A DNA stretch of 62,997 nt, counting the filler, from Vannella sp. (Eukaryota): NCBI GenBank assembly GCA_023345925.1. It is 6 parts of 6 records of this genome, joined end to end, with 100 filler letters (N's around TTAATTAATTAA, not from the genome) between each part and the next. Parts side by side here need not be neighbours in the genome. Positions count along the whole stretch, not along the records: positions 27,414 to 39,025 come from JAJQQN010000536.1; 5 more parts are not named here. One strand, given 5' to 3'. A model generated the notes under the pieces. The model had not been told where the DNA came from. It saw only the letters and a list, made by a program, of their open reading frames with translations, and searched no databases. Shown here piece after piece: positions 27,314 to 39,125 of this stretch. Each line of letters opens with the position of its first letter. Position 1 is the first letter of the stretch. The position numbers and the translations under genes are program-made.

Positions 27314-27413
27314 NNNNNNNNNNNNNNNNNNNNNNNNNNNNNNNNNNNNNNNNNNNNTTAATTAATTAANNNNNNNNNNNNNNNNNNNNNNNNNNNNNNN
27401 NNNNNNNNNNNNN
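27314..27413. other. Artificial contig spacer
   Basis: N44-TTAATTAATTAA-N44. Confidence 0.97.
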
Positions 27414-27592
27414 GTTTGTGTAAGGGCCTCCCCCGCCCTCCCCCATGAGCCAAAGGACAATAAATCAGCTTTTCTCTCTCTTACAAGCTCGTGCAGGTCT
27501 AAACCAGAGTCTGACGGAGGCAAATCAAAGGCGAGAGAGGCCAAAGGGGAAGTCCAAGCCCATTCATCACCATTTGCTCGCTCTCCCTTTCG

Positions 27593-28629
27593 ATGGAAAG
27601 CTTCACTGGCGGCTTCACGTTTGATCTTTGCAAGAGGTAGGTCTGGGCATGGTCTCTGTGCTGAATGCGCAGCGTTGGAACTTGTCTCATGAGGGGGAAA
27701 GGAACGCTTTCTTGGTCTCGCAAGGCTCAGTTGCCCCGAAGACTAAGAAGACGGGGACCACCATTTGCGGAGCAGTTTTCAAGGTCAGAAGAGTCTCCTC
27801 TGCTTTGTGAAGTCGGGGAGAAGCTGAAAGGCGATGCAGGACGGAGTTGTGCTTGGTGCCGACACGCGAGCGACATCGGGACCCATCGTTTGCGACAAGA
27901 ACTGCGAGAAGATCCACTACATCGCCAAGAACATCTATTGCTGTGGTGCTGGAACTTCAGCGGACACAGAGAATACGACAGGTCTGTCTCCGTTTTCCGC
28001 ATTCGCCCTTCCTCGTTTCGCTGACTTCCCCCTCCTCTGTTACAGACTTGATCAGTTCCCAGCTGGAGCTGCACCGTTACGCCACTCAACGACAACCCCG
28101 AGTGGTGACTGCTCTGACCATGCTCAAGCAGATGTTGTTCCGCTACCAAGGCAACGTTAGTGCCGCTTTGGTGTTGGGTGGGGTGGACTGCACTGGGCCT
28201 CACTTGCATACGGTGTACCCCCACGGTAGTACGGACGAGCTGCCCTACGTGTCCATGGGTTCGGGCTCTTTGGCGGCGATGGCTGTGCTGGAGAAGGACT
28301 TCCAAAAGGATATGAGCCAAGAAGAGGCTGTTGAACTTGTGAAGAACGCCATTCGAGCAGGTATCTTCAACGACTTGGGATCAGGAAGCAACGTGGACAT
28401 CTGCGTGATCAAGAAGGACTCGACCACGATGCTGCGCAACTACGAGACACCCAATCCCCGTGAGTGGCCTCGTCACCCAGCCCCTCTCCCCATCTAACTC
28501 TTTCCAGGCGCTCCTCTTCGTGCAGCTGGATACAGCTATCCCGACGGCTACACCGAGATTCTGTCAGAGGCGAGCGAGCGTTTCGCACAACTCATTGTGG
28601 TTGACGGCCCCGTCCCAATGGACATCTAA
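27593..28629 (+). CDS. PSMB7: 20S proteasome subunit beta-2 (5 exons)
   Basis: Propeptide [50 protein letters not shown]. Confidence 0.95.
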
Positions 28630-28831
28630 CTGGTGCCTTCTCTGCCCTCCCAAGACACCTCCTAAAGATGACATTCCACCCCTTGCCTTTCCCTCTAGAC
28701 TTCCCCTTTGCGAGAGAATCGGCTCCTTCTCGAAGAAGGTCTGCACTCGCATCATACGCTTCCTTGCCTTCCCTGTGAAAGGTCAGATGGGAGATTTCAG
28801 ACCATTCCTCCGCGGCCCTCCGTCCCCGCCC

Positions 28832-29245
28832 ATGTTCTCGATTTGGTTCATCATCCAGCTGATCCTGCTGGTGGAGTTGTTCTTCACGTTCATGCTAGTG
28901 ATGAACATCCTCTTGCCTGTGCGCAAGGTGATCGTTTCCATCCTGCGCTTCTGTTTCCGCTCCTCCACCATGAAATTGGTCGTTTGGATCATCGCTGGCC
29001 TGCTACTGTTCGCCTTCGCCTACTGCTACTACACGCAAGTCCGTCTGAGCGCTCAACTGCAGGTTGCAGGTGACATCCGCGATGCCGCGAAGGAATTGGG
29101 TATCCGCGTTCGCATCTTCCGAGAGCAACGTAACATGTACCTCTCTGGCTTTGCCTTCTTCCATGGCTTCTTCCTTTGGCGGTTGGTGAAGCTTTACGAG
29201 TCCGAAGAGCGACCTGCTGCTTCCAAAGCCAAGAAGAACCAATAG
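28832..29245 (+). CDS. BAP29/BAP31-family ER membrane protein
   Basis: Three TM segments, FREQRNMYLSGF motif, C-terminal KKxx ER-retrieval signal (KKNQ). Confidence 0.85.
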   Translation: MFSIWFIIQLILLVELFFTFMLVMNILLPVRKVIVSILRFCFRSSTMKLVVWIIAGLLLFAFAYCYYTQVRLSAQLQVAGDIRDAAKELGIRVRIFREQRNMYLSGFAFFHGFFLWRLVKLYESEERPAASKAKKNQ

Positions 29246-29385
29246 CAGGTCCCTTCCTTCTTCTTCCTTCGCTTGATAAAGCTCTCCACGTCCCTTTGCA
29301 TTGTCGTCGACTTTAGTAGAGGGAACGCGAGCGCACACTCCTTTCTTCAGAAGCAAGCGGCTCTTCAGGGCAGTTTATTGGGTCC

Positions 29386-31539
29386 ATGCGTGTCGCCCCA
29401 CGACCAAAGACCTTCGATATGGGCCCATCCCAGCCCCCAGCTTCCTCGTATCAACCCCCTGCAGAGACAATGGCATCCTACTATACACAGCCAAAGCCAT
29501 CATCATCCCCACCCATCACACCAGCTCAGATCACAGAGATGTTGCAATCGCTCCCTGCGCCCTCCAAGCCACGTGCTGGGCCGCAGGGCTTCGCGTTTGG
29601 TAAAGGAGAGAGTGTACCCTTGCCCCCTTCATCTGTCGATCGCGAGGCGCAACGGCTGCAAGCAGCGCACGAGTTCATCACGCCGAAGCGAGGCAACCCG
29701 GAAGACGACGAAGTGGACGAGCTTCAGATGCAGGAGGACAACCGTTCTCGTGGTAAGTCCATTCTGGAGGGCGCCATGGAGAGTGAGGAGAACCGGGGCA
29801 ACGTGTTCTACCACGCAGTCTTTGGAAGTGAGGAAGGCGTCCGCCGAGCGGTGGAACAGTACGGCGGGGACGTTCGTGGGTATGATTCGTACGGATTCAC
29901 CCCTCTTCACTATGCTTCTCGTAGACCGGCTATCCAAATAGTCACCTACTTGCTGTCTGCGGGAGCGGACGTCCACGCCATCTCGAAAGGGAATGTTGGC
30001 GATCTTGCCCTCTGTGCTGCGGCGGAGAGTGGCGACCTGCAGGTGATCCATTGTCTTTTACAGGCCGGGGCAGACATCAATCAACGGAATGGGATCTCTC
30101 TGACGCCCCTCTCTGTGGCGATCAAGTCCAACAAGCGCCTCGCGGCTGCTTTTCTGCTTCAGAATGGCGCTGATCCGGAGATCTCTGATATCGAAGGACA
30201 TAGTGCACTCCACTGGGCTGCTTATCGAGGCCAGACCAAGGTGGTGGAGCTTCTGCTGGCAAGTGGCCGAGCGGGCACCAAGACGGCCGACAACAATGGC
30301 ATGTTGCCAATCCACTGGGCCACTGTGCGTGGCCACATTCCTTCTTTACAAGCTATATATGCAGCAGATCCATCTCTTCTTAAAGTGTGCACTCTCCAGG
30401 GACTCACTCCGCTTCAAATGGCCGACAAATACAAGCAATCCGAGGCTGCGGCCTTCTTAGCTGCGCAAGAGGGAACCTACCGGCCATCTGACGACCAATT
30501 AACACTTATGAGCTTCATAGCCGATGCCTTTGGTCCAACAGCACGTCCATTCTTGCTTCCAGCTGTTATGATCCCGCTCATGCTTGTGACTGGCGCCTAT
30601 CTTTGGTGGCTCTGGGCGTTGGTGGGATTTGTGGTGTTGGCGCTCGTTGGAAACCGCCTCGTGGACTTGTATTCCAAACAGCGAAATCCAGTTCTGATGG
30701 GAACCGGACTCTGGTCCCATTTGTACTCGAATGTGATGTACTTTTCTGTGATTCTCCCAGCGACTCCTCACCTGTGGCTTGTTCATATCCCATTCTTCCT
30801 TATCAATGTTGCCATGTACGAGAATTACCGCCGCCTCGCATTTGACGACCCCGGCTATATCGAAGCGAACCGAGGCGATATGTTGCGTTTGATCGAAGAT
30901 TTGTCACACGGACGGGATACGGAGCGATACTGTTCCACCTGTTGGGTGTACAAACCTTATCGATCCAAGCACTGCCGTGATTGCGGTCGCTGTGTGCTGA
31001 AATCAGATCACCATTGCCCCTTTACAGGAAACTGCGTGGCAGCCAACAACTTGGGGTTGTTCTATATCACACACTCTTGCTACGTGGTTTGTGAGCTGGC
31101 ATGGGCGTGGCTTTGCTATCAATATGCCCTGACCTTCATCTCCGTTGTAGCAGCAGAAACAACGTCCGTCTGGGGAATGTTTGGAGTTCTTCGACTCGAA
31201 GCTCCACTAGTATGGGCCATGCTCTGTTGGCATATGTTCCATTCCAGTTGGATGTTTCCACTTTGGGTGGTTCAGACCTGGCAAGTGTGCAGAAATCTAA
31301 CCACAAATGAATCGTGGAATCGAAAGAGATATTCGTATCTGCGCGACCCCGTCACCGGACTCTTCAACAACCCCTTTGACCGAGGTGTTCTTTCAAACCT
31401 TCACGAGCTGTTCTACTGCCGCTATCGGGAAATTTACCAGCGAACTGCTTCTCTGCCGGAAAGAGACTTTTCCACTTTGCCGGCCGAGTTCTCTTTGCTC
31501 CCTACTCGCACTCAGCCAGGGGATGCCAAAGATCAGTAA
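29386..31539 (+). CDS. Ankyrin-repeat DHHC palmitoyltransferase (Akr1/ZDHHC13/17 type)
   Basis: Ankyrin repeats (TPLHYA, ALHWAA), TM segments, CSTC...RSKHC..C..CV..DHHCP, TTNE, NPFDRG. Confidence 0.93.
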   Translation: MRVAPRPKTFDMGPSQPPASSYQPPAETMASYYTQPKPSSSPPITPAQITEMLQSLPAPSKPRAGPQGFAFGKGESVPLPPSSVDREAQRLQAAHEFITPKRGNPEDDEVDELQMQEDNRSRGKSILEGAMESEENRGNVFYHAVFGSEEGVRRAVEQYGGDVRGYDSYGFTPLHYASRRPAIQIVTYLLSAGADVHAISKGNVGDLALCAAAESGDLQVIHCLLQAGADINQRNGISLTPLSVAIKSNKRLAAAFLLQNGADPEISDIEGHSALHWAAYRGQTKVVELLLASGRAGTKTADNNGMLPIHWATVRGHIPSLQAIYAADPSLLKVCTLQGLTPLQMADKYKQSEAAAFLAAQEGTYRPSDDQLTLMSFIADAFGPTARPFLLPAVMIPLMLVTGAYLWWLWALVGFVVLALVGNRLVDLYSKQRNPVLMGTGLWSHLYSNVMYFSVILPATPHLWLVHIPFFLINVAMYENYRRLAFDDPGYIEANRGDMLRLIEDLSHGRDTERYCSTCWVYKPYRSKHCRDCGRCVLKSDHHCPFTGNCVAANNLGLFYITHSCYVVCELAWAWLCYQYALTFISVVAAETTSVWGMFGVLRLEAPLVWAMLCWHMFHSSWMFPLWVVQTWQVCRNLTTNESWNRKRYSYLRDPVTGLFNNPFDRGVLSNLHELFYCRYREIYQRTASLPERDFSTLPAEFSLLPTRTQPGDAKDQ

Positions 31540-31597
31540 ACCTCTCACAACCCCACAATTGACTTTCTTTGGAAGGTGGGAAGAAGAGCTTGTTTAG

Positions 31598-33253
31598 CTA
31601 TGAACGGATGGGGATGTAGTATCCAATAAAGTTCCAGAGAACGAGATAGACCAGCCCCGAGACAGCAGCGGCGATGGGCAAGGTAATGACCCAACCTCCA
31701 AATACTTGAAGAACCATGATCCAATTCACTGCACTGCGTCCATCCGCCATGCCCACTCCGACTACTCCGCCCACTTTGCAATGTGTGGTACTCAGGGGAA
31801 GGCCCAGTTTGCTTCCAACCACAACAGTTATGGCAGATGCTAGCTCGATGTTGAACCCCCGGGAAGGGGTGACGGTGCAAAGATCCTCGCCAATAGTTGC
31901 CATAACCTTGTGACCCCAAGTGGCCAGTCCAATGACAATACCGACTCCACCACCAGCCAAAACCCACCAGGGGATGGGAGACTCCTGGTCCACACTGCCT
32001 GTCTGGTAAACAGAGATCACCACAGCAAAGGGGCCAATCGCATTGGCCACATCGTTGGCGCCGTGTGCGAAGCTCCCAAAGCATGCAGTGAGCACTTGGA
32101 GGAACGAAAAGAGCTGCTCTGTCTGTGGCTCGAAGGTTTCGACTTCAAATCGAGGAGCAGTTTCCTGTCCGCTTGCTTTGGAGGCTTCCAACTTACTTTG
32201 CTTCTCGTCTTCAATCAGTTGCATCCGCTCCCCTGTCGTTGCCACGGCCCGGCGGCGAATCCACGGAAGGGCCATAAATACGAGGAAGCCTGATAAGTAG
32301 CCAACGCCAAGAGCGGTCACAGCGACGGACCACAACGGCATCACGGACAAATCCACAAATCCTCCGCCGGAGCCTTTGTAGAAGATGAAGAAGATGTTGA
32401 ACCCCAATGTGAAGCAGTAGCACAGAGGCATAAAGTACAATCCCCTCTCAAAGGAGTTCTCGGCCCGGAGAATGAGGCGCCGGATGCTCCAGAACATGCA
32501 AAACGCCATTGTTCCTGCAATCACTGGGCTGATCACCCACGATAAGATGATGAAGCCTATCTCCTCCCAGATGATCCCATCGATCCCCTGGGCGATAATG
32601 GCGAATCCCATAACGGCTCCAACTGAAAGGATGTTTCCGTTAGCCAACCAGAGTCGCGCCCCCTCCACAGAGAAGGGCTACTCACTCACTGCGTGGGTTC
32701 CTGATACTGGTAGATGGAATGCTGTGGCCAAGAAGATGAGAAACCAGGCGCCAATCATTGCGGAAGTCATGCCAACGGCCAGTTGTGAGGGCGCACTCTC
32801 GTATTGCTCTGGAATCAAGATCCCGTCGCGCAGTGTGTCTGAAGGACAAATGAACCTCCTGGAGTGGAGTTGAAGTGGGAGGAAACCTACCAGCTACTTG
32901 ACTTCCCATCAGAAACGCGCCCAAGAACTCGAAAACTGCTGCGCAACACATCGCTTGGCGTATCGTCAGCACTTTGGCTCCAACAGAGGTCCCAAACTAG
33001 CCTGTGTTAGACCATTCCTGCTCCAATAGGACTGTCGATGATCGTTCCACTCACTGCGTTGGCAACATCGTTCGCTCCAATCGCCCAAGCCTTTGAGGGG
33101 TTGAGTAAGGCAGTGGACTTCCCGTTCCCTCTTCCGTAAGCTTACCAAAGCAAAGCCTGCTATAAAGGCTAATGCAACGATCCACGCTAATGAGATGTCG
33201 GCATCGATCAAGGCCAAAAGGCTGCGCGACGTTCCCTGGAGCGCGACGAGCAT
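31598..33253 (-). CDS. PiT/SLC20/Pho89-family phosphate transporter (multi-exon)
   Basis: Two GANDVAN signature motifs, FEFLGA, PVSGTH, LPLSTTHC; many TM helices. Confidence 0.92.
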
Positions 33254-33306
33254 GCAAATGATGCCTTTGGACCTCTTCCATGAAGGATTGGTGTTTAGTT
33301 TACTAA

Positions 33307-34613
33307 TTACAGGAGAATGGACCCGTTGAGGGACCGAATGGTCAAGACGATGATGTCTCTCTGGAAGGAGGACGGAGTAACGAAGACCAACGGTCGTTCG
33401 CCTTCCGTACACAGAGAGAAGAAGCAATCATCACTTCCCGCAGAGACGTCCAGATGAGACCCGAATCTCATCTTGGCGATGGTGCAACGCCTCTTCCTGA
33501 TCTTCACTTGAGTGTGGTTCAGGAGGACGGACCTCTTTTGGAACTCAGAGCCATTCCTTAATAGAACCTAAAGTCGTGATTAGTGACTTCACTTCACAGA
33601 AGGAAGGATCTGGCTCACCTTGAACAGGAGTGTGTTTGTGGAGAGGTTGCTTTCGACCTCCGCTTTGATATCAGGGTGGATGAGGACCTTGAAGGGCTTT
33701 GAAAAGACGATCTTCCCCGCGACTCCATCGGCTCGGACGGGTGTGTACGCGACCCGAAGACTCGTCCCAATATCGCAGATGGTTGGATGGTAGGTTCTCG
33801 AATGGGCTCCAGCCACAGGTTTGTAGGCAAGTGTGTCCTCTGAGAACCTCTCCCATCGTATGGAGCTGCTTCCCTCCACTCCCCCTTCGAAGCAGCTCTG
33901 GACTTCTAAAGGTAAACTGTGGTACCCGGACCCAAGGATCACACATGAAGTAATACAAGGAGGGATATCAGAGCCTTGACCTTGACCTTGACCTTGAAGA
34001 TTAAAGGTTAGAAAGCTACTTTGGATAGGAAGGCATGCATAAAGGTCTCACCTTTTGAAGGAGCCTCATTCAGTTTCTTGTTTGTTAACGATCCAAAGGA
34101 TTCTTCACTACACTCTTCTGATTGGCAGTCAACGTCCCATGCAGAGGGAGGAAGACTGGATATTTGAGGGATTGTGGAGGGAGCTTGGATGTACAGGGTG
34201 CGCTCTCCCACAAGGATTTCGTTGCTGTTCTTACGTTGTAGGGTGTTGTCTCCTTCTGTAAAGTACTTGGTGCCGACAGGGAGGTCTTTGAGAGAGTGGA
34301 TGCGAAGAAGGTCTCCTGAGACTTGGTCACGCAATGTTACACCGTTTGCGAGGAGCTTCTCATCGTTAAGAATACAGAGGTCTGATTGTGCCTGGGCCCA
34401 AAGGAATTGGTCCTTGTTGTCGTGCGAAACCGTGCGCGAGATGTCGAGTTTACACTTTTCTTCCCCGTCCAGAGTTGCAACGTAGAGTCGGTGGTCAGCC
34501 ACCCGCTGTAGACGGTTTCCTGCAGGAGTTATGAAGTTGACACGCATTGGAATCTCCTGGAGGGAGAAGACCACGCGACCAGCCTGGGTTGGGGCCATTT
34601 GTTCTATCAGCAT
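33307..34613 (-). CDS. Protein with AIR9-type Ig domain followed by a PH-like domain (3 exons; start uncertain)
   Basis: FEGGVEGSSSIRW...TYHPTICDIGTSLRVAYTPVRADG is an AIR9-like Ig repeat; an intron near 33571-33619 joins an exon ending RDIIVLTIRSLNGSILL*. Confidence 0.6.
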
Positions 34614-35050
34614 GATCCCTTGCGTTTGCAGTAATTGTGTGTTACATAGTGTTGCTGCGTCCCCCCTCAACCTCAAGGGAAAGGCGCCAAATGAGGTCAC
34701 CACCATCCCCAGCCGGCGGAATTAAACTGAACAAAAGTCTTCAAAATCGGATTGGTCTCTTTAACTCCGAAGATGTTTTTGGGACCTCTTGCACACTGTA
34801 ATTCCTCAGACACTCTGTTCATTCTGGTGTCCAAAACATCATTTAGAGTGTATCTGAAGAACAAACTGACACAGGTCTCTGGTTGGTCGGTTTGTGGGCG
34901 GCATTTACCGCGCTCAGAGTCGTGGAAAAAGGTTGAACCATTGTTTTGGAGCTCGCGCGGCCCACCAAACTTGAATGAAAAATTGTAAATGTGTACGTAC
35001 AGGGTTTTAAGTTCCAGGGAGCATTTGTTGGTTGGAGGGTTTGTTTGAGC

Positions 35051-38000
35051 ATGTCGCTCGGCAATATCAAAACTCCTGTTTGGAACCTCTCCAACATGCA
35101 GAAGCTCAACGCAGCGGCAAAGGAACGGAAGAAGGATGATGAGATGACATTCGTGCACCGCATCCGCTCCGTTGTTTTGGCGTGTAGGGCGAATAACGTT
35201 CCCGAGGTGAAGGAACTTCTTCCCAACATGGAAAGCGGTGTCGAGGGGCGCATGTTGCTGGTACGTTTTCTATTTCTCTTCAAAAGTGTAACTCACCTCA
35301 CATAGAACGAGTGCGGGGTGAGGCAATTGAGGGGGAGAATGGTTCCCATGTTCACCAGGTTGGGTATCGACAGAAATCAATCATGAGAATGGTTTGTGTT
35401 ACTGGTGATATGGAGTTGATGAACATTCTCCTCGAGAATGGACACGATCGCCTGCTCTTTGAACACGTTAGTAGTCCGTTTTCTTCTCACGTAACGCCCC
35501 CTTTTGGGAGCTCTCATCAGAAAGCAACAGTTTCCATGGGTAAGCTGAACCTCCCTAATTGGTCCACCAGTTCTGACCTCATCTCCAGGACGAAGGGAGC
35601 GTGGACCCCAGCACTTTACCGAACAACATGAAGACCGACATCCTTTACGAGGAGAAGCTCTCAAAACTACAGAAGGTTAGTTTCTCGTTAGGTTTACATC
35701 ATCATCATCATCATCTAACTAAGGACTCCTTCAGATTCGGGGTGTGAGTTTACTTGATTGATTCTCGACCTCCCACTGAAGCAAACTGGTAGACTCTTCC
35801 TGTCCACATTGCGTGCAAGCACGGGCACGTTGAAATTGTGGAGTGCATCCTTATTCACGGGACTAATCGGCAGCTCCTTATCCAAGACGAGAATGTAGGA
35901 AGATCTCATCTCTGCTTGCCTCCTCAAAAGGTACTAACGAAGCTTTTCGTTACGTCCAATTCAGGATCTCTTCCCCATTCACTATGCATGCATGGGAGAG
36001 AGGGACAATCTTCCATTGGTAGAGCAACTTGTGAAGATGGGAGGTGAGGAACAAGCCTGCCTCTTTGACAAGAAGCTGGTAAGTTTTTTGGCAAGCAGCA
36101 TGGGATTTTTAACCTTGAGAAAGAGGAAAAGCCCTCTGTATGTTGCATGTGAGCACGGGCATGTTCAAATTGTCACTTTCCTCCTTCCCATGTCTGCAGA
36201 GGCTATTTCGATGCCAACCCTGGAAAAGGTAATCCATTTGGGACTCGGAGATTATTTCCTCAAACGAATTTGGGAAGGTTTACCCCTTCCATGTTGTTGT
36301 GCAAAACTTTAAGGTCCCAATGATGCTCATGCTCCGAAACATCTCAGAAGATAAGCACTGCCTTCTTGCTGTCTCTAAGAATGGGGTAAGCTGTTAATGC
36401 ATACTCAAGGTATTGGCTGACCCAATTGAAAAGAGAACCTCATTCTCATACGCTTGTGACAACGTTGATGATAGCTGTGCCAAATGGATCATCAACAATG
36501 GACTCAAGGCAAAGAGGGTTTCACAACCGGACGAACTAGGAGTGAGCAATTTCTCATTTTTTTATTGCATTCAGCGGAAGCCTCATTCTGTCCTCTTTCA
36601 AGTTTACCCCTCTCCATTATGCCTCCCGCCGTGGACATACTGAGCTGATGAAGACGATGATCGAACTTGCCGGGACAGATGTTGTACTCAAGTTGGTAAG
36701 AGCATTGATTGGCAGTCTGATTTTGTTCTAACAGATTCTCCAGAGCAGAGACAAGGTGTGTTGCAATGATGTTGAGTTCCTATTTTTCTCACTGACTGAT
36801 GCCGGGAAGATTGCTCCGATTCACTTTGCCTGTTCATCTGGTCGATTAGAAGCCGTACAACTCTTGCTTGATGCATGTGGTCACCAGCAACTTCGGTTTG
36901 CTGTGCCTGGGCTCGTCAAGAACAAGACGATTGCAGTTAGTTGGGAACTGAGAGGTTTCATCTTTACCTGACGCGGCGGAGGTTCTTCCTTTCTCTTATG
37001 CCATGCGAGAGGGGCCTGAATTACTCCAGATTTTGGAGTTATTGATCGACCAGAACGGGTATGCCCAAGCCAACAATGTCGATGAAAATCTGGTGCGTTG
37101 GTGGAAGATTGCGCAATGGTTCCTGATTGTTTGGAAAAGAGAACGCCACTGATGAAGGCGACGCTCATGAACAACATGGACGTTGTAAAGTTGATTTTGA
37201 AAGTCGGGGCTCCTGAGCACTTTCTGATCAAAGACATCGAGGTGATTTTGTCGAAATTTGAGTGTGACTTCGTGGATAACCAAGTTTCAGAGCCGAATTC
37301 CCTTGCACGTGGCAATTGAGAAGAATATCGAAGTGGCTTTAGTTTTCTTGCGTTTGGGCCCTGCTGACCAAATCGTAGCCTCATTTCCTGATAAGGTTCT
37401 GTCACCCTCTGTAATTCTTAAGTTGGCTCTCATTCGCACTGTTAATCATAGGTGACCGATGTACGCTGGACTGCCCTCGATCAAGCCTGGGAACATGAAT
37501 CTGAGGAGCTATTTGAGGCTGTGGTTCGCAAGGCAACCTCTAGAATGTCCGAGCTTCGTTGTGATGTGAGTTTTGTGATATCGCCTTTGTCTAGCGACCC
37601 TAACCCCATCCTTGGTAGACCTTGAGCAAGGTATACTCAAGCCCTCCTCTCTTGAATCTTCTCACCAAAAGTTCAACTTCTAGTTGAAACAGCACCACCA
37701 GCGTTGGTGCACAGTGGATGACAAAACAATTAATCCGGACGTTTATCGAAGGACTATCCACAGATTGGCCACGTGCGTTCGATACGATATATTGGCCATG
37801 GACGAATTGGAATCGCGGGTCGACCCTCTCTTAATTGCGGGGGTTTACGAGGATTTTGCTTCCAGAAATGAGGAGATTGTTGATCGCCGCCACAAGGTGC
37901 AGGCAGGACCAGGGCTCGAACGTGAGGCACTTTCTCCCCGAGGAGGATACGTTGCTCCATCTCCTCAAGATGGACAGGTTCAGGTTGGTCTATTATCTCC

Positions 38001-38829
38001 GCGGGATGCACAGGTTGGGCCATTATCTCCTAGAGTGCCAGTCGGAGCGTTTAATCCGGAGCCTGCAAGAGGGTCACCTCCTCAAGAACCAGTCGGAGTG
38101 CTATCTCCCCGAGTGCCAGCCGGAGCATTTAATCCTCAGGAGCCAGTAGGAGTGTTATCCCCCCCAGAACCTATTGGGATGTTATCTCCTCGAGAACCAA
38201 TCAGAGCTTTATCTCCTCCAGAACCTATTGGGTCGTTATCTCCTCGAGAATCAGTCAAAGTTTTATCTCCTCGAGAACCAGTCCGAGTTTTAGCTCCTCC
38301 AGCACCAATCGGAGCACTATCTCCTCGAGAATCAGTCCAAGTTTTATCTCCTCGAGAATCAGTCCGAGTTTTAGCTCCTCCAGCACCAATCGGGGCGATA
38401 CCTGCTCGTGCAGCCCTGAATGGGCCTTCGTCCCAACAGGTTGGAAACGGGAATGGACCATTGTCTCCCCGAGCACCTCTAACTACGTTGCCGCCTCCCA
38501 CTCCCATGGTCTCTCCCACTCCCGTGGTCTCTCCCAGAAATCCCTCTGGAGGAATGGTGTCTCCAAGAGGTCCTCCTCCTGCTCCTCCTTCCAGAAACCC
38601 CTCGGGAGGAATGGTCTCTCCAAGAGGTCCTCCTCCTGCAACGACAGGTCCTCCTCCTACTACGAGAGGTCCTCCTCCCACAACGAGAGGTCCTCCTCCT
38701 GCAACGACAGGTCCTCCCCCCACTACGAGAGGTCCTCCTCCCACTACGAGAGGTCCTCCTCCTCCTTCCAGGCGACCAGCTCCAGCACCAAGAAGAGCCC
38801 CTCCTCCAAGGGCAGGAAACCCCGAATGA
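35051..38829 (+). CDS. Ankyrin-repeat protein with SPR-repeat and Pro-rich C-terminal tail (many short introns)
   Basis: Ankyrin motifs on successive short exons (PLYVACEHGH, PIHFACSSG, TPLMKA, PLHVAI) separated by GT-AG introns; last exon 37684-38829 is low complexity. Confidence 0.7.
37930..38770 (+). repeat. Coding repeats: LSP(R/P)E units, then (TT[R/-]GPPP)n
   Basis: About 27-nt ttatctcctcgagaa-based units and 21-nt acgagaggtcctcctcc units. Confidence 0.8.
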
Positions 38830-39025
38830 TCCGCAATCCACAAGCGGGGAGTGGACCAAAAGTCCTCTCCAAGATAAACGGTGTTTACTGAGTAAACGGC
38901 ACTACACTAAACCAAACCACTGACCGTCCGCTTTGAGAAAATCCACGAGCGAAGGGGAAGAGGGTTCCAAAACTCGTGTTTGCGTAGAGTGTCCTGATGA
39001 CCTCCATCTTTTCAGGATAAGCTTT

Positions 39026-39125
39026 NNNNNNNNNNNNNNNNNNNNNNNNNNNNNNNNNNNNNNNNNNNNTTAATTAATTAANNNNNNNNNNNNNNNNNNN
39101 NNNNNNNNNNNNNNNNNNNNNNNNN
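39026..39125. other. Artificial contig spacer
   Basis: N44-TTAATTAATTAA-N44. Confidence 0.97.

Noticed and set aside
33307..33507. ORF as an N-terminal extension of the phosphate transporter
   Set aside because: It is better explained as the last exon of the upstream Ig/PH gene, joined by a canonical intron and ending in its own stop.
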